In this document: one piece after another, positions 34,431-36,739 of the stretch
Numbering within the stretch: the first letter of the stretch is position 1
Layout of the letters: every line of letters begins with the position of its first letter
Sequence record: DRR723986_5578
Direction: 5' to 3' (one strand)
DNA: 36,739 bases
Made by a program: the position numbers and the translations under genes
The notes under the pieces: generated by a model
Database searches by the model: none
The model's input: only the letters and a program-made list of their open reading frames with translations
What the model was told of the DNA's origin: nothing

Positions 34431-35534
34431 TCAGAGCACTTTCGAGGTAATAGCACTGGAGTCGTAAACCGACGATAGCGGACGCAATTCCTTGAATATT
34501 GAGTAAGCCAAGTCCTCTATTTCTTTGGCCAGAATCCCCAAAGCCTCTGTTTTTGAGTCTGAATCGAAAATTTTTCGCGTATCATCCGGCACCAACAATC
34601 CATTCCTTTGGGCTGGGTAGTCGCGAAGGGTGCAAAGATAATTTCTGGTTGCCTCAACCAGACCCAACGACATGTAGGCTGGCATGCTCAATCTGCCTTC
34701 CATGTGGTAAGCGATCCCCGCAAGATCATAGCTAGTTAGCGCCTTGGCCTTTGCTTTCTTGTAGTCAGGCATGTCGGCAACCAAATTCTTCAAAAGCCTA
34801 ATTACTCTTTTTAAGTTTCCAGAATATTGCCCATCTCGTTCATTCACGCGATGGATATGCTTGAAAGGAAAATTGGCCAGTAAAGAGTGTTGCTTTTTGT
34901 CGTAAATCTTCACGCCAGCATCTTTTTCTTGGAAACTCCTCTGATAATCATGTGTGTGCCACCAGCAACTTGGTACGATGTCGATTTTGCGCTTCAAACT
35001 TCCGCCCATCAGCGATATAGATTTTCCGTTTGAGCAATCTACAGTTGCCTCGTAGTACCTAGAGGTCAGTTTGGATTCCGATTTTTGACGCAGCTCTGCA
35101 ACTATATCGACCATAGGGCGATTGTCAGGCGCATAGCAAGCAGTTCCATCTAACTTGGGCGTTTGGACCAAGACCGTATCTTCACAGAGGATCAGCATGT
35201 CCACATCAGAATGCCCCTCAATGTGCACGTTCAAAGCCACCGAACCCTGCATGCGTTTTGCTGCACCAATGCCCTCCGTCTTCAACATCCCAATTAGCGT
35301 GTCAGATACACGGTTCCCTTCATCAACCGACACTTGTGTGGATTGAGGATTAACCTGTGCCATTGCACCAACCGCATACCTGACACCGGAGCCCTCTTGA
35401 AGGTACTCATAATCCTCCCTGGTGCGGTAGTCCCCTGGATCCCAAGAATTCAGGCCTTTCTCTAGAAGGACTATCTCTCTACTACCTTGGCGCCGATCCT
35501 TGAGCCTTTTCAATCTTTGATCAAAATCAATCAT
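34431..35534 (-). CDS. CBASS cyclic oligonucleotide synthase (CD-NTase, CdnE-like)
   Basis: Pol-beta NTase motif QGSV-x9-SDVD, third Asp in KIDIVP, NFP lid motif, LKRVIRLLKNL helix; 8-bp overlap with upstream Cap15-type gene. Confidence 0.85.
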   Translation of the reverse strand: MIDFDQRLKRLKDRRQGSREIVLLEKGLNSWDPGDYRTREDYEYLQEGSGVRYAVGAMAQVNPQSTQVSVDEGNRVSDTLIGMLKTEGIGAAKRMQGSVALNVHIEGHSDVDMLILCEDTVLVQTPKLDGTACYAPDNRPMVDIVAELRQKSESKLTSRYYEATVDCSNGKSISLMGGSLKRKIDIVPSCWWHTHDYQRSFQEKDAGVKIYDKKQHSLLANFPFKHIHRVNERDGQYSGNLKRVIRLLKNLVADMPDYKKAKAKALTSYDLAGIAYHMEGRLSMPAYMSLGLVEATRNYLCTLRDYPAQRNGLLVPDDTRKIFDSDSKTEALGILAKEIEDLAYSIFKELRPLSSVYDSSAITSKVL

Positions 35535-36129
35535 CTTTATCTCGCTTTAGCGTCATCAAGCCATACGATTTTCTTCCACCACTATTGAAGTAGGCCCCTT
35601 CAGCGAAACCCAAATTCTTATCGAACTCAATCTCGCAGTAACCTTTGTGCGGGCTGAGTTCATGAATCTTGTCTAGGTTCGGCTCATTCTTGTAGCTGTA
35701 ACTCAATATCCAACCGCCTCTAACCCCATGCCTTTTAAGTAGTGTTGCCGTGTAGCTGGCGCTCCGACTATCGGCGGTTTTGACATTGATTGATATCTTC
35801 TTCCAGTTCTGCTCGATGTCGAGCGCTGCGGACCATTCATATTTCGCTCCGCCGTTTTCATCTAAGGTGGTCCCGGATACGTTCCAAGCGCCATTTAAGT
35901 CCGGTATCGAAAATAGAGGAACTTTCCATGCCCATCGATTAAAGATGTAATGCAAGCCAAAATATACGACGCCCGCAGTCACCGAACCTTTCGTAAATGC
36001 CTCCCAACCGCTGATGCTTGAAAGCCAGGAAAGCAGTTGAGCAACGCCGCCAGCTATGAGAATCGCAGCAACACCTAGCCAGCGCCCAACTCCGGCACGA
36101 TCGTGTCCAAAAATCGCATACTCATGCAT
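35527..36129 (-). CDS. cap15: CBASS effector Cap15 (2TM + beta-barrel, SMODS-associated)
   Basis: Two N-terminal TM segments, PDLNGAW, YSYKNEP, HKG, GAYFN-GGR; ATG 36129 after GGAGG RBS (ORF-track start 36198 lies inside attC). Confidence 0.83.
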   Translation of the reverse strand: MHEYAIFGHDRAGVGRWLGVAAILIAGGVAQLLSWLSSISGWEAFTKGSVTAGVVYFGLHYIFNRWAWKVPLFSIPDLNGAWNVSGTTLDENGGAKYEWSAALDIEQNWKKISINVKTADSRSASYTATLLKRHGVRGGWILSYSYKNEPNLDKIHELSPHKGYCEIEFDKNLGFAEGAYFNSGGRKSYGLMTLKRDKDD

Positions 36130-36170
36130 ACCTGCCTCCGATTCTCGGGTCGCGCATAGGTTTCTCGCGC

Positions 36171-36260
36171 ACCTAACGCCCGCCTTTGGGGCAGACAAAA
36201 TAAGCGCAGCGCTTTTGGCTGTCCCAGCCCCGCAGGGGCGACAACAGGCGTTTGTTATAT
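36171..36260 (-). repeat. attC site (90 bp, branched) of the Trypco2-like cassette
   Basis: Minus strand ATATAAC-AAAC-GCCTGTTG...CAAAGGC-GGGC-GTTAGGT with internal side hairpin GCCCC-TGC-GGGGC. Confidence 0.85.
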
Positions 36261-36261
36261 T

Positions 36262-36684
36262 TCATTTTATTGGCTTAGCTGGATTTGGAATTTTGGCTGC
36301 TTCGCGATTGACCGTTCTAGCAGCTGGATCGTTGATTTCTTCAGCTGGAAATAAAACTGGCACTGTGAACTGAATACGGCTTGCGAGTACATTTTTTGAG
36401 CCTTTTTCACCGCCAAAATCTCCGCCGAACAAACCAGACAACACTTTTACTTTTGCGCCACCTTGAGCTGTATCCTCCGCCGTAATTGCCACATCGAACG
36501 AAACTGGTTGAGCAAAATTGTTGTTGCGGTTATCCCAAGTGGCATTTTGACTTACGGCATCTGTTTTTCGCATAAGCCCGCCTGGATTGATCGATGCACC
36601 TAAAGCCTGGGACTTTGCTTGCGCGTCTTTTATTCCACCCACGATTGAAACCAATGTTTCAGATACGAAGTCTTTTAGATCCAC
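36262..36684 (-). CDS. Trypco2-like small protein, cassette
   Basis: MDLKDFVSETL helix, FDVAITAE, Gly-rich hairpin GGAKVKVLSGLFGGDFGG, SRIQFTVP; GTG start after GGAG. Confidence 0.65.
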   Translation of the reverse strand: MDLKDFVSETLVSIVGGIKDAQAKSQALGASINPGGLMRKTDAVSQNATWDNRNNNFAQPVSFDVAITAEDTAQGGAKVKVLSGLFGGDFGGEKGSKNVLASRIQFTVPVLFPAEEINDPAARTVNREAAKIPNPAKPIK

Positions 36685-36699
36685 TTGACTCTCCCGAAA

Positions 36700-36739
36700 A
36701 TATAACGCCGCATTCAGCGGCTTGTCCGCTGCAATGCTT
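36700..36739 (-). repeat. attC site, very short, R'' cut by window end
   Basis: Minus strand AAGC-ATTGCAGC-GGAC-AA-GCC-GCTGAAT-GCGGC-GTTATAT; R' complements R'' (ATATAAC) of the next attC. Confidence 0.8.

Larger units (their letters stand above)
33016..36739 (-). mobile_element. Integron gene-cassette array (distal end; intI not in window)
   Basis: Four attC sites separating co-oriented minus-strand ORFs with minimal intergenic DNA; R' at each cassette start is complementary to R'' at its end; GC visibly lower than core genes. Confidence 0.9.

Noticed and set aside
34431-35534. Nucleotidyltransferase as a toxin-antitoxin MNT or aminoglycoside NTase
   Set aside because: 367 aa with CD-NTase C-terminal helices and translational coupling to a Cap15-type effector fit CBASS better
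36130-36198. Extended Cap15 N-terminus (MSAPKAGV...)
   Set aside because: Start lies inside the upstream attC, across the recombination point; GGAGG RBS supports ATG 36129
33604-36739. Palindromic intergenic elements read as CRISPR repeats, REPs or terminators
   Set aside because: Not identical, separated by whole genes, and carry attC R/L boxes with extrahelical bases

Overview
Chromosomal window from a GC-rich gammaproteobacterium (the gene set and lipid-catabolic content suggest a marine Cellvibrionales/Spongiibacter-like organism; this is inference). 1-20.4 kb is housekeeping: the mdh 3' end, an SDR-like gene, pyrG-kdsA-eno-ftsB-ispD-ispF-truD-pcm-DUF368-nlpD-rpoS on the minus strand (no surE), suhB, purL-secD-secF (no yajC) and mltF. 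20.5-32.4 kb is fatty-acid/acyl-CoA catabolism: a LysR-regulated histidine phosphatase/acyl-CoA dehydrogenase/APH-kinase/two-crotonase operon resembling a split ACAD10/11 (lva-like) 4-hydroxy-acid pathway, then thiolase plus FadB, an AraC regulator and an acyl-CoA ligase. From about 33.0 kb to the window end is the distal end of a minus-strand integron cassette array. It has four structurally different attC sites and cassettes for a YdeI/OmpD-associated protein, a GNAT, a complete two-gene CBASS anti-phage system (Cap15-type 2TM/beta-barrel effector plus CdnE-like CD-NTase) and a stand-alone Trypco2-like protein. No integrase lies inside the window. All family assignments come from motif recognition by eye; no searches were run.
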